Part shown: one piece after another, positions 54,517-64,000 of the stretch
How positions within the stretch are numbered: position 1 is the stretch's first letter
How the letters are laid out: each line of letters begins with the position of its first letter
Assembly (NCBI GenBank): GCA_964469405.1
Contig: CAYXYP010000002.1
Coordinates: 9,338-73,337 of the forward strand
Origin: an uncultured Candidatus Saccharibacteria bacterium
GTDB taxonomy: Bacteria > Patescibacteriota > Minisyncoccia > Phycocordibacterales > Phycocordibacteraceae
Direction of reading: 5' to 3'
DNA: 64,000 nt
The notes under the pieces: generated by a model
Databases searched by the model: none
Seen by the model: only the letters and a program-made list of their open reading frames with translations
What the model was told of the DNA's origin: nothing
Made by a program: the position numbers and the translations under genes

Positions 54517-57402
54517 ATGAAAAAACTTCTACACCTCCCCTTTCTCGTATTCATCTTCGGGTTCGTACCCCACGCCCATGCCAGTGTTCAGTTAGTACAA
54601 TCCTCAACAACAAACGTCGATGGTACGAGTGCCACCTGCACACTCTCACCGACATCTGCCGGGAACCTGCTTCTCGTTCTCTATCGAGTCAATTTCCAAG
54701 GTGTCAGTACATTCTCAGACACCAAAGGAGATTCTTTCATCAAAGTTGTATCCGCATCTAATGCATACCTAGGAGCAGCTTATGCTTTCAATACTCTCGC
54801 GGGGAACACTTCGATAACCATGTCGGGGTTCGCCTCGACGGTCGTGAGTATGTCGTGCTTTGAATACAGTGGCGTACTCAACACAGCTGACCCGTTTGAT
54901 GGAGGGAAATTGGCGGTTAGCGCTGCGACAACCATGTATCAGAGTGGCCCCGTCACAACCACCGGAACCAATGACTTGCTTGTTGGACAGATAAAATCAA
55001 ACACCGCATCCATCGCTCCTAACTCTCCTTTCTCACAAATTATACAGAATGTGTACTCCGGACACGGATGGACTACCTACACTACCCAAGCCCTCAATCA
55101 ACCGGCAGGGGCATACAACAACAGCGGTACCACTGCTTCTTTTAGCGGAGAGGCGAACATTCTTGCATTCAAGACAGGGGTCACCTCTTCATCTTCTGAC
55201 ACCACCGCCCCCAACACTCCCACCAACCTTACTGCGACTGTCATCTCCTCATCCCAGAGCAACCTTTCGTGGAGTGCATCCACCGACACGGTGGGAGTTA
55301 CTGGATATCGGATCTATCGCGATGGGACACTTATTGCTTCCCTCACAACCACGTCTTATTCAGATACCGGTCTCTCATCAGCAACGAGCTATGCATACAC
55401 TGTGACTGCAATTGATGCTGTGGGGAATGAATCTGCGCAGTCAGCATCGACATCAGCAACCACTTCGATAGCGATAGTAGCTTCTAGCCAACCACTGACC
55501 CCAACCTATTACGTAGATCAGGCCAATCCCGTAGCAAGCGATACTAATGCCGGAACAGCGGCAATGCCTTTCAAGACGATACAACGCGCGGCCAACATTG
55601 CTGTCGCTGGCGACACAGTGATTGTCAAGGCGGGTATCTATCATGAAACCGTCACTGCCCCACGATCGGGAACTGCCGGTAACTTAATAACATTCAAAGC
55701 AAGCGACGGAGAGTCTGTCGTCATCAACGGCGATGGGGTCAGACAGTGGGGGTTTTCTCTTAACGGAAGAAACTTCATTCGAGTGCAGGGTTTTGAGCTC
55801 ACTGGGCTGACCGGACATCCTATGTTCGTCGGGTGGTCGAGCGCTGGAGGTACAGGTATCGAAATTATTGGTAATTCCATTCACGACAATCCTACTGTTC
55901 TCTATGGCGCTGGTGTATACATGAATTCTCCAACAGCGCAGCAACTACTTATCGAAGGAAATCATATTTACAACAACGCCGGCGATGGAATTGGCATACC
56001 TAGCGCCCGTTCATTTACCCTGCGCGCCAATACTATCCATGATAATGGGGTGGACGGCTTCAAAGGTGGAGCTTCTGAGCTTGCCATCATCGAAGGGAAC
56101 ACTATCCACTCCATGACGAGTGGGGTAAATCACGGTGACTGCATGCAACTCATGGGAATGATCGGCACAACCATCGTCAGAAACAACACGACATGGGATT
56201 GTACGCAAAACATCTTCCTTTCCGACTACTCCGTAATTCCGGGTTCCAGCCCGTGGGGCGATGTATATATTTACAACAATGTGGTCATCAATACTCAACC
56301 AGGAGTAAATGGTTTAGGAGGGTGGTACAACGGGATCGTCGCGGGGACACGCTATAATAACTTGCGGTCATTGTCCATCTACGGAAATACACTTATCAAT
56401 CTCAATAACGGCAATGGCGGTATAGCCGTGCGGAATGTTAGTCCTGCGTTCAGTATTGGAACCTTAAGGGTATTCAACAACCTTTTTTACAACTCAATCA
56501 ACGGTGTCGATACCTCCTCAGCAACCTCAACTGCCATGGATTACAACGCATACTTTAATCAGTATCGTCCTTGGTATCTTTCTGGATTTAGAAGCTTCAC
56601 CCAGTTTCGAACCGTATTCCCTGCCTATGAGCAGCACGGCTTTTACGCGCCAATTTCATTTATTAACTATCCTTCCGCTACGCCCGACTTCCACTCGACG
56701 TCCAATTCTCCAATAATCGGTAAAGGAATCCCTCTTCCTCCTCAAGGTTCGGTTGATTTCGCGACGGACCGAGATTCTCGACCTCGTCCTCAAGGAGCCG
56801 CTTGGGACATTGGAGCGTATCAGTATGTTTCTCCTGCGTCCGCCACCGTTGCCCCAACTCCCACCACATTTCCCACACTAACTCCCATCCCTACCCAAAC
56901 TCCCGAACTTACTCCTGTTCCAACACCAACCTCCTCGCCCACACCAGACACCGAGGGAGATCCTATCTCTCAATTGCCGCCTTTGCCAGATGGAAGTCAA
57001 GGGAGCGTCACCACCACACCCCCAACCACACCCTCACCCATCACTCGTCCCCTCTATCGAGGCACTAAAGGAGATGATGTGAAGACCCTCCAGACTCTCC
57101 TTATCCACAAAGGACATCTTCCTCCTTCTAACGACACTGGCTTCTTCGGACTTCTCACTCGAGCTGCAGTACAGAAGTACCAATGTTCACAAAACATCAT
57201 CTGCGGAGGTACCGAGTCATCAACGGGCTATGGTGTTGCAGGCCCTAAGACTATAGCCAGATTGAGTGGAGGGGCTATCACAAACTCTTCTTCAACTTCT
57301 AACCTCACTCCTGCTCAAGCAGATGCCATTATCTCGATACTCCAATCCTTCAATGCTGATGCGTCTGTTATTGCGAGTGTGAGGAGGGCGTTGGGGAGGT
57401 GA
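54517..57402 (+). CDS. Large secreted cell-surface protein: N-terminal domain, fibronectin-III-like domain, right-handed beta-helix repeats, Pro/Thr linker, C-terminal peptidoglycan-binding domain
   Basis: Signal peptide MKKLLHLPFLVFIFGFVPHAHA; FN3-like TAPNTPTNLTATV...GYRIYRDG; NxxGxGIxI/HDN beta-helix repeats; PTPT linker; C-terminal GTKGDDVKTLQTLLIHKG PG_binding_1. Confidence 0.75.
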   Translation: MKKLLHLPFLVFIFGFVPHAHASVQLVQSSTTNVDGTSATCTLSPTSAGNLLLVLYRVNFQGVSTFSDTKGDSFIKVVSASNAYLGAAYAFNTLAGNTSITMSGFASTVVSMSCFEYSGVLNTADPFDGGKLAVSAATTMYQSGPVTTTGTNDLLVGQIKSNTASIAPNSPFSQIIQNVYSGHGWTTYTTQALNQPAGAYNNSGTTASFSGEANILAFKTGVTSSSSDTTAPNTPTNLTATVISSSQSNLSWSASTDTVGVTGYRIYRDGTLIASLTTTSYSDTGLSSATSYAYTVTAIDAVGNESAQSASTSATTSIAIVASSQPLTPTYYVDQANPVASDTNAGTAAMPFKTIQRAANIAVAGDTVIVKAGIYHETVTAPRSGTAGNLITFKASDGESVVINGDGVRQWGFSLNGRNFIRVQGFELTGLTGHPMFVGWSSAGGTGIEIIGNSIHDNPTVLYGAGVYMNSPTAQQLLIEGNHIYNNAGDGIGIPSARSFTLRANTIHDNGVDGFKGGASELAIIEGNTIHSMTSGVNHGDCMQLMGMIGTTIVRNNTTWDCTQNIFLSDYSVIPGSSPWGDVYIYNNVVINTQPGVNGLGGWYNGIVAGTRYNNLRSLSIYGNTLINLNNGNGGIAVRNVSPAFSIGTLRVFNNLFYNSINGVDTSSATSTAMDYNAYFNQYRPWYLSGFRSFTQFRTVFPAYEQHGFYAPISFINYPSATPDFHSTSNSPIIGKGIPLPPQGSVDFATDRDSRPRPQGAAWDIGAYQYVSPASATVAPTPTTFPTLTPIPTQTPELTPVPTPTSSPTPDTEGDPISQLPPLPDGSQGSVTTTPPTTPSPITRPLYRGTKGDDVKTLQTLLIHKGHLPPSNDTGFFGLLTRAAVQKYQCSQNIICGGTESSTGYGVAGPKTIARLSGGAITNSSSTSNLTPAQADAIISILQSFNADASVIASVRRALGR

Positions 57403-57412
57403 TGCGAAGAAT

Positions 57413-57973
57413 ATGTCTGGACATAGCAAATGGTCACAAATTAAACGCCAGAAGTCAGTCACTGACGCTGCAAAAAGTCGTACCTTCTCGAGATACGCGC
57501 GTCTCATCACGCTTGAGTCAAAAAAAGCGGGCGGGATTCCTGGGGCGCCGGGGCTTTCCGTTGCGATTGCGCGAGCTAAAGCAGTAAATATGCCCAAAGA
57601 CAACATCGAGCGCGCAATCGCGAAAGGAATGTCAAAAGATTCTGGCAATCTCGAACAGACGGTATATGAAGCATATGGTCCAGGAGGCGTTGCTATTCTC
57701 ATCGATGCTCTCACCGACTCTAAGAATCGGACAACTCAAGAAGTGAAGCACCTCCTATCCCTGAAGGGAGTAGAACTCGCGACTCCAGGCGCTGCGAGTT
57801 GGGCGTTTACAAAAACCGGCGATGTATATGTCCCGCGCGAACCTCTTATTGAGATTATGGGTACTGACGAGGAACAACTTTCGAAAATCCTTGAGGACAT
57901 TGATGAGCATGCGGATGTCCAACAAATATTCACGAACGCGCGTGGATACGAGCACGTATCCGAAGATGTCTAG
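57413..57973 (+). CDS. yebC: YebC/PmpR-family transcriptional regulator
   Basis: MSGHSKWSQIKRQK signature. Confidence 0.85.
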   Translation: MSGHSKWSQIKRQKSVTDAAKSRTFSRYARLITLESKKAGGIPGAPGLSVAIARAKAVNMPKDNIERAIAKGMSKDSGNLEQTVYEAYGPGGVAILIDALTDSKNRTTQEVKHLLSLKGVELATPGAASWAFTKTGDVYVPREPLIEIMGTDEEQLSKILEDIDEHADVQQIFTNARGYEHVSEDV

Positions 57974-58445
57974 AGTACTTGCAATTGACCCAGGCTACGA
58001 CCGTCTCGGGATCGCGATTATTGAAGGGGATCCATCGCGACCGACACTCATCATGAGTGACTGTGTGTTGCCCGACAAAGGAGCCCGCGAGAAGCGTCTT
58101 GCACATGTATCGAGCGCTGTTACCAATGCCATTAAGGAGTACTCCCCTACCGCACTTGCTATCGAGACGCTCTTTTTTAGCGCTAACAAAAAAACTGCCA
58201 TTGGGGTCGCCGAAGCACGCGGTGCGATACTCGCCGCCGCCGGCCTTGCTTCGCTCCCAGTGATAGAGTGTTCTCCTCAGCAAGTTAAACTTGCTGTCAC
58301 TGGGTATGGCGGTTCAAATAAGGCATCTGTTGCGACCATGATTCCTCGACTACTTGTCCTCCCCCAAAAAAAGCGCCTCGATGACGAAATGGACGCAATT
58401 GCTATCGGTATCGCAGCACTCGCAGCTGGTCTTCCCAGAGTTTAA
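57966..58445 (+). CDS. ruvC: Crossover junction endodeoxyribonuclease RuvC
   Basis: MSRVLAIDPGYDRLGIAI RuvC N-terminus; internal start overlapping the yebC stop by 8 nt. Confidence 0.85.
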   Translation: MSRVLAIDPGYDRLGIAIIEGDPSRPTLIMSDCVLPDKGAREKRLAHVSSAVTNAIKEYSPTALAIETLFFSANKKTAIGVAEARGAILAAAGLASLPVIECSPQQVKLAVTGYGGSNKASVATMIPRLLVLPQKKRLDDEMDAIAIGIAALAAGLPRV

Positions 58446-58684
58446 TCCCCATATCCTGGCAAACCTACTTGCAGGAATATATATTTTTGTTACATATATC
58501 CGTATGATTGATGATGAAATTAACGACGAGAGCCTCATCTTAGAGGAAGTGCTCGAGGAAGAGGATCTCGCGGAAGAAGAGGATTAATAAATGTAGCTTG
58601 CGTTTGGTACGTAAGCACTCGTTCACCAAAATACGTGGGGACACGATTTGTGATTCACCCACTTGGTAGTAGCATGTATAAGAT

Positions 58685-60844
58685 ATGACTTCCAAGCGGC
58701 GCTTTCCATGGCGGCACTCTCTTCTTGCGTCTATTCTGGCACTTTTGGGTCTCGGGTTCTTTATAGGAGGCGGGGTTCTTCTTGCTGTTGTTGCAACCCC
58801 AGCGCCCGATATTGATTCCTTTTCCTCACGGCAGATTGACCAGTCAACAAAAATATATGATCGTACTGGGCAAATACTTCTCTACGACTACAACCGGGAC
58901 GCCAAACGCAATGTCGTCCCCCTCACCGCAATATCGCCCAACACAATAAACGCAACAATAGCGATTGAAGATTCAAGTTTTTATGCACATGGGGGCATCC
59001 GCCTTACTTCAATAATTCGAGCCACATTCGTCAACGCTGTCGGTGGTGCGATCTCGCAGGGTGGCTCAACCATCACGCAACAAGTTATTAAAAACGAGCT
59101 CCTCACAAACAGAAAAAGTGTTACTCGAAAAATTAAAGAGTGGGTACTTGCGATAAAGCTGGAACAAGTCTACTCAAAAGATCAGATTCTCGAGACATAT
59201 CTTAATACCATTCCCTATGGCGGTACCCTCTATGGTATTGAAGCCGCTTCTGAGGCTTACTTTGGGAAACCCGCAAAGGACCTCTCGCTAGCACAAGCGG
59301 CATACCTTGCGGCTATGATTCAGGCGCCTTCCTATTATTCGCCGTATGGCGCCCATCAAACTGAACTTACAGCCCGTAAAAATCTTGTCCTTGATCGAAT
59401 GTTTGAACTTGGTTTTATAAATAGCTCTGCGCACACATCTGCACAAGCTGAAAAAATTTCTTTCTCCCCTGCGGGCCAGAATGCGGTCATAGCGCCTCAT
59501 TTTGTTTTTTATATCCTCAACCAACTCGAAGAGACTTATGGTTCCAGAGCTCTTACGGCGGGACTAAAAGTCACCACGACACTGGACGCTGAACTTGAGG
59601 TAGAAGCTGAGTCCATCGTTAATCAGTATGCACTCGAGAATGTGAAGAAATTTAAAGCAACAAACGCATCTCTTGTTGCTATAGACCCCCCGACAGGACA
59701 AATTCTTGCTATGGTTGGTTCCCGAAATTTTTTTGATAAAGAAATTGATGGACAATATAACGCCACACTTGCTTCTCGCCAGCCTGGCTCAACAATGAAG
59801 CCTTTTATTTACTCACTTGCCCTTAAGGCTGGCTACACGCGCGACACTATTGTCTTTGATGTTCCGACTCAATTCTCAACGGTATGCAAACCATCGGAAA
59901 CAACAAATAACACCGCACCTTGTTACGCTCCTGTTAACTTTGACGGGGCTTTCCGTGGCCCTATGACCTTTGAAACAGCCCTTGCCCAATCAATCAACAT
60001 CCCAGCTATTAAAACCCTTTATCTTGTTGGGATACAGAACGCGGTAAATCTCGCCAAATCATTTGGCCTTACTACTCTTGGCGACCCAAATCAATATGGC
60101 CTTACGCTTGTGCTTGGTGGAGGTGAAGTACGCCTTCTTGATCTTACTGGCGCATATGCCGCTTTTGCGAATGAGGGAACATTAAATACCCCGACAGGAA
60201 TACTCGAGGTTGATGATGCTGCAGGAAACGTACTCCAACAATTTTCTGCACAATCCTCAATAGTACTCCCAACACTTATTGCACGAGATGTTTCTGCAAT
60301 GCTCTCTGACGCCCGTGCCCGCCTCCCGGAGTATCCACTCAACTCCCCTCTCTCTTTCTCGGGATATGATGTGGCAGTGAAGACAGGAACAACAAATGAT
60401 ACTAAAGATGCATGGATCGTCGGCTATACCCCCTCTATCGCGATTGGTGTATGGACAGGAAACAACGATAACTCCCCTATGGTTAAGTCTGTTGCTGGTT
60501 TTATTGCGGCACCAATGTGGCATGAAGTAATGGCATATGCTCTCTCAAAATACCCAAAAACTTATTTTGGTGAACCGAGCGCTATACTTTCTTCTGTTCC
60601 CCCTATGTTGCAGGGGAACTGGAGTGTCCGTGACATGCAGGGAAATATATTTCCTCATAGTTTATTGTATTGGACTGATAAACATAACCCTCAAGGCCCA
60701 CCTCCTCTTAATCCTTCAGAAGATCCTCAATTCGAATACTGGGAATATGGGGTTTCCGCATGGTATACCGCTCACCCTGATCTTTTTTTAGGTGGAGTGA
60801 TGACTCCTGTACCTCTATCAAATAACGCAACTACAACTTTTTAA
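58685..60844 (+). CDS. Class A penicillin-binding protein (glycosyltransferase plus transpeptidase)
   Basis: GT51 motifs EDSSFYAHGG and GGSTITQQ; transpeptidase STMKPF (SxxK). Confidence 0.9.
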   Translation: MTSKRRFPWRHSLLASILALLGLGFFIGGGVLLAVVATPAPDIDSFSSRQIDQSTKIYDRTGQILLYDYNRDAKRNVVPLTAISPNTINATIAIEDSSFYAHGGIRLTSIIRATFVNAVGGAISQGGSTITQQVIKNELLTNRKSVTRKIKEWVLAIKLEQVYSKDQILETYLNTIPYGGTLYGIEAASEAYFGKPAKDLSLAQAAYLAAMIQAPSYYSPYGAHQTELTARKNLVLDRMFELGFINSSAHTSAQAEKISFSPAGQNAVIAPHFVFYILNQLEETYGSRALTAGLKVTTTLDAELEVEAESIVNQYALENVKKFKATNASLVAIDPPTGQILAMVGSRNFFDKEIDGQYNATLASRQPGSTMKPFIYSLALKAGYTRDTIVFDVPTQFSTVCKPSETTNNTAPCYAPVNFDGAFRGPMTFETALAQSINIPAIKTLYLVGIQNAVNLAKSFGLTTLGDPNQYGLTLVLGGGEVRLLDLTGAYAAFANEGTLNTPTGILEVDDAAGNVLQQFSAQSSIVLPTLIARDVSAMLSDARARLPEYPLNSPLSFSGYDVAVKTGTTNDTKDAWIVGYTPSIAIGVWTGNNDNSPMVKSVAGFIAAPMWHEVMAYALSKYPKTYFGEPSAILSSVPPMLQGNWSVRDMQGNIFPHSLLYWTDKHNPQGPPPLNPSEDPQFEYWEYGVSAWYTAHPDLFLGGVMTPVPLSNNATTTF

Positions 60845-60871
60845 TAAGAAGGATGTGAATTTAAATTACTA

Positions 60872-61972
60872 TTATTGATTCATTGGAGAAACGAGATACA
60901 GGAGTGAGGTATCATTCATTCCTTTTATAATAAGTGGGCGCCCAACTCCAGCCGCAAGAAGTGAGACACTTTCTGATGTGGTGAGAGATAACACTGCTGA
61001 AAGATATCGATGATTAAAAGACAATTCAAGAGCACTTCCTGATATGTTGGCTGGGATTGTCTCTAATGATTCTCCAATATCTGCATTTCGCGCAAAGAAA
61101 GAAAATACATTCTTTTTAGGATCAAAACTAATACGTACTTTCTGAAATAAATCAGAAAAAATAGTTGTTCTCTTGAGTGCATTTTCGAAATCTTTTCGCA
61201 ATATAATTGCTTCAACAATTGATTCTTTTGGTATAATTTGCCTATAATCTGGGTACACAGCATTTGTTAGGCGTGATACCAACATACCCTTATCACTTAC
61301 AAAGGCACATTGATGCTCATCAAATGACATAATAATATCATTATCTGGTAACGCTTGTGCTATATCAAGAGCATTTTTTGCTGGAATAAGAAACTTTCCT
61401 TGAAGTCCTTTATTAATTAAAGGTACTTTTTTCTCAGCAAGTCTGAATGAATCAGTAGCAACAGCGGTTAATATCCCCCCTTCAATAGATATATAAATAC
61501 TGGATAATTCAGGACGGACCGTAGATGTTGATGCGCATGATGCAATAGAGGTAAAAAGTGAACGTAAAAGTATTCCAGGAATTACTATTCTATTTTTTGG
61601 ATTTTCTGGAAATGGAATCGACGGGAAATCATCATAAGGAATGGTTTTTATAGAGCTTTTACTTGTACCACTTGTAATTGAAATAACCTCCCCAATATGC
61701 TCGATTATTATCTTCCCTTCTTGAGTGAATAAGCTTGCTATTTGCTGAAGTATTATCGCAGGAATTGCGACAACGCCTTTTGTAGTGCATTCACCTTCAA
61801 GTTTTAAATCTATACCTGTCTCAAGATTTGTTGCACGCATTTTTATACCCTCATCTCCCGCAATAATAAGTATTGAAGACAGTGCAGGAAGTGTTGCGCT
61901 TTTCTTTTGAGCAAACCGAGACACGATATGCACAGCCTCAGAGAATTTATTTTTTTCTATTAAAATATTCAT
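60872..61972 (-). CDS. dnaN: DNA polymerase III beta sliding clamp
   Basis: 366 aa; three-domain clamp profile; immediately downstream of dnaA. Confidence 0.9.
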   Translation of the reverse strand: MNILIEKNKFSEAVHIVSRFAQKKSATLPALSSILIIAGDEGIKMRATNLETGIDLKLEGECTTKGVVAIPAIILQQIASLFTQEGKIIIEHIGEVISITSGTSKSSIKTIPYDDFPSIPFPENPKNRIVIPGILLRSLFTSIASCASTSTVRPELSSIYISIEGGILTAVATDSFRLAEKKVPLINKGLQGKFLIPAKNALDIAQALPDNDIIMSFDEHQCAFVSDKGMLVSRLTNAVYPDYRQIIPKESIVEAIILRKDFENALKRTTIFSDLFQKVRISFDPKKNVFSFFARNADIGESLETIPANISGSALELSFNHRYLSAVLSLTTSESVSLLAAGVGRPLIIKGMNDTSLLYLVSPMNQ

Positions 61973-62072
61973 ACAATTCTTATTAAGGGTGTTGATAAGT
62001 GGATAACATAAAAATATAAGGAGATTGTTGGATATTTACACACGACTGTTTTATATAATATGTTGATAAGGT
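61973..62072. promoter_or_regulatory. Candidate oriC segment: AT-rich dnaA-dnaN spacer with DnaA-box-like 9-mers
   Basis: TGTTGATAA (61991-61999), AGTGGATAA (62000-62008) and TGTTGATAA (62061-62069), compared with the TGTGGATAA consensus; AT-rich run TTTTATATAATAT. Confidence 0.55.
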
Positions 62073-63428
62073 TCATACAAGAAGGGTTCTAATATTTTGA
62101 ATTTCTTGTGCGAGTTCACTGTCCACAACTATTTCACGCTTTATCTTCTCACAGGAGTGGATAACGGTCGTATGATCACGACCACCAAGTTTTGTACCTA
62201 TGGTTGGGTACGATATTCTAAAATCCTCACGAAGGATATACATTATAATTTGCCGCGGACGAACAACTTCCCTACGTCTAGTTTTCTCATAGATACTCTC
62301 TTCATCGATACCATAAAATTCAGCTACTTTATCAACTACATTTTTTACCGATATATTTTTCTGTGGACGAGTAAAAGAACGTAGAGACTGCCGCACTTCC
62401 GCGATGTCGGGGGCAAAACCCTTTACTTGAGCATGGCAGATTATACTATTTACCATACCTTCTAACTCACGTATTGAGCCATTCATAGATGTTGCTACAT
62501 AATCAACAACCTCATCAGATAGTAGTACACCATGTGAGGCAGCTTTTTTTCTTACAATAGCCATACGGGATTCTGGGTCGGGTTCGCCAATATCTACAGC
62601 CATACCACTCGCTAAACGGCCCTTAAGACGTTCAGCGATGTCTGGAATAGCCGCAGGAGGTCGATCAGAAGAAAAAATAATCTGTTTATTTGTGTCGTAA
62701 AGAGCATTAAAAAGATGGAAAAGCTCCTCCTGAGTCTTTTCTTTTTTAGAGAGAAATTGAACATCATCCATAATAAGAAGGTCATATTGACGATATTTAT
62801 CTTTGAAACGATTTGCAGTACCAGCTTGCACGGAGTCGGTATAGTCGACTGCGAATTTTTCTGACGTTAAATAGAAAACTTTCCGTCCTTGGTACTGTTT
62901 TTTATAATGGTTACCAATAGCTTGAATAAGGTGCGTTTTGCCGCGGCCGGTGTCACCGTAAATAAAGAGAGGGTTATAGGTAATACCAGGGCGTTCGAGT
63001 GCCGCCTGGGCTGCAACATAGGCTAAATTGTTAAAAGAACCGATAACAAACGTATCAAACGTATAGCGGGGATTCAAATTGTCACTTTTGTTGATGTAAA
63101 AATCATCAAGAGGAAGTTCGAGTGCACTACTACGTACGGTTTTGGTCTCCTTGGATAATCTACGATTCTCATCCTTCACAATAAGATACTCAATATTGCG
63201 AAATTCATATGAAACGTCGCGAACAATCTTCAATAGTAAGGTATTAAATTTCTTAAGGTACCAATCCTTAAAGAATTGACTCGGGACACCAATATATACA
63301 ACGCCGTCCTCCCCTATTTTTACGATAAAACTATTACGGAACCATGTGTTGAAATTTGCGGGCGATATAGAAAGTTCAATATGGGTGAGTATGTACTCCC
63401 AAAGTTCTCGAGGATCTCCTTTATTCAT
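62073..63428 (-). CDS. dnaA: Chromosomal replication initiator DnaA
   Basis: AAA+ GDTGRGKTHL; C-terminal DNA-binding domain; divergent from rpmH. Confidence 0.95.
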   Translation of the reverse strand: MNKGDPRELWEYILTHIELSISPANFNTWFRNSFIVKIGEDGVVYIGVPSQFFKDWYLKKFNTLLLKIVRDVSYEFRNIEYLIVKDENRRLSKETKTVRSSALELPLDDFYINKSDNLNPRYTFDTFVIGSFNNLAYVAAQAALERPGITYNPLFIYGDTGRGKTHLIQAIGNHYKKQYQGRKVFYLTSEKFAVDYTDSVQAGTANRFKDKYRQYDLLIMDDVQFLSKKEKTQEELFHLFNALYDTNKQIIFSSDRPPAAIPDIAERLKGRLASGMAVDIGEPDPESRMAIVRKKAASHGVLLSDEVVDYVATSMNGSIRELEGMVNSIICHAQVKGFAPDIAEVRQSLRSFTRPQKNISVKNVVDKVAEFYGIDEESIYEKTRRREVVRPRQIIMYILREDFRISYPTIGTKLGGRDHTTVIHSCEKIKREIVVDSELAQEIQNIRTLLV

Positions 63429-63527
63429 AGTGTTCTGAAAGTATACGCTTTTTATTCATTCAAGATATGTTGGCGTTTCGGGGAGAACCTGTTAGTATCG
63501 TGTGCATAACCTAATTTTCCGTTCACT

Positions 63528-63665
63528 ATGTCCAAACGAACCTATCAACCGAAAAAACGTAAGCGCGCTACGACGCACGGGTTTCTTGCGCGGACAAAAA
63601 CGAGTTCTGGGCGTAAGATAGTGAAAAAACGCCGTCGTATCGGTCGCGCACGACTCGCAGTCTAA
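63528..63665 (+). CDS. rpmH: 50S ribosomal protein L34
   Basis: My translation gives [45 protein letters not shown] (45 aa; below the ORF-track length cutoff). Confidence 0.85.
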   Translation: MSKRTYQPKKRKRATTHGFLARTKTSSGRKIVKKRRRIGRARLAV

Positions 63666-63671
63666 TTATTT

Positions 63672-63983
63672 GTGTTCTCACGTCGAGAACGTCTTTCTCG
63701 TGCGGCATTCCCTACGGCCCTCTCTACTGGTCGGCGGTTCTCATCGACAAACTTCAGTGTCGTTTTACCAAAAGAATCACGAGGATATGCGGTTGTAGTG
63801 TCAAAAAAAGTCGCTCGCCTCTCGGTCACGAGGCATTTAATTAAGCGGCGAGTGCTTGAGGCCCTTCGAACGCTCCCTCTTCCCTCCTCCATTATTGTTT
63901 TCCCAAAAACAGCGGCTAGCCGGATGTCCTACCAGGACGTCAAAGTGGAGCTCGCAACCCTTCTTTCTAAAATTAGCCGATAG
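63672..63983 (+). CDS. rnpA: RNase P protein component
   Basis: 103-aa basic protein immediately after rpmH, following the conserved rpmH-rnpA order. Confidence 0.8.
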   Translation: MFSRRERLSRAAFPTALSTGRRFSSTNFSVVLPKESRGYAVVVSKKVARLSVTRHLIKRRVLEALRTLPLPSSIIVFPKTAASRMSYQDVKVELATLLSKISR

Positions 63984-64000
63984 AGTAGAATAAATGCATG

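Overview
This 64-kb window is a gene-dense chromosomal segment, about 50% GC, from a small-genome bacterium. The gene content looks CPR/Patescibacteria-like (class II-type IleRS, alpha2-type GlyRS, PilM/N/O plus a PilB ATPase, many large Ser/Thr-rich surface proteins with peptidoglycan-binding domains). That taxonomic call is inferred from gene content alone.

The right-hand end carries the replication-origin gene set: dnaN and dnaA on the minus strand facing rpmH and rnpA on the plus strand, with DnaA-box-like 9-mers in the dnaA-dnaN spacer. The rest is mostly housekeeping. There are aminoacyl-tRNA synthetases (metG, glyQS, ileS, argS), recombination and repair genes (recA, recO, ruvA, ruvB, ruvC, yqgF, polA, holA-like, ssb), and ribosomal and translation genes (rpsF-ssb-rpsR, efp, rplK, nusG, secE, rplS, rpsT, rpmH). 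A thymidylate-cycle cluster holds glyA, dut, a divergent thyA, a HIT protein, a dCMP-deaminase-domain protein with an extra N-terminal domain, a cytidylyltransferase-like gene and folA. Cell-envelope genes include ftsK, uppS, PBP1A, a Mur ligase and pilMNO + pilB. I called twelve tRNA genes by hand.

The most unusual stretch is a roughly 4.6-kb accessory island bounded by tRNA-His (31843-31918) and tRNA-Leu(GAG) (36466-36549). It holds a frameshifted PduO-type corrinoid adenosyltransferase, an O2-dependent Delta9-type membrane fatty-acid desaturase, and a tandem array of three paralogous small-protein genes of 73-82 aa. Each small gene ends in the same roughly 93-nt block and is followed by a roughly 124-nt unit that carries a strong bidirectional hairpin terminator and a tRNA T-arm-like GGTTCGAATCC motif. 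The partner genes upstream of the small genes differ between modules. The array looks like a cassette array or serial small-element integration next to a tRNA, and I cannot assign its function.

A second oddity is a 149-nt element between tRNA-Val and tRNA-Leu(CAG). It has the 5' and 3' ends of tRNA-Leu(CAG) but about 115 nt of structured insert in place of the tRNA core. It shares a 14-nt motif (TCGAAAGGCGGAGC) with a hairpin-rich spacer between two tRNA-Arg genes.

No CRISPR array, rRNA gene or obvious transposase/integrase is present. All calls rest on my own reading and translation of the sequence; I ran no database searches.
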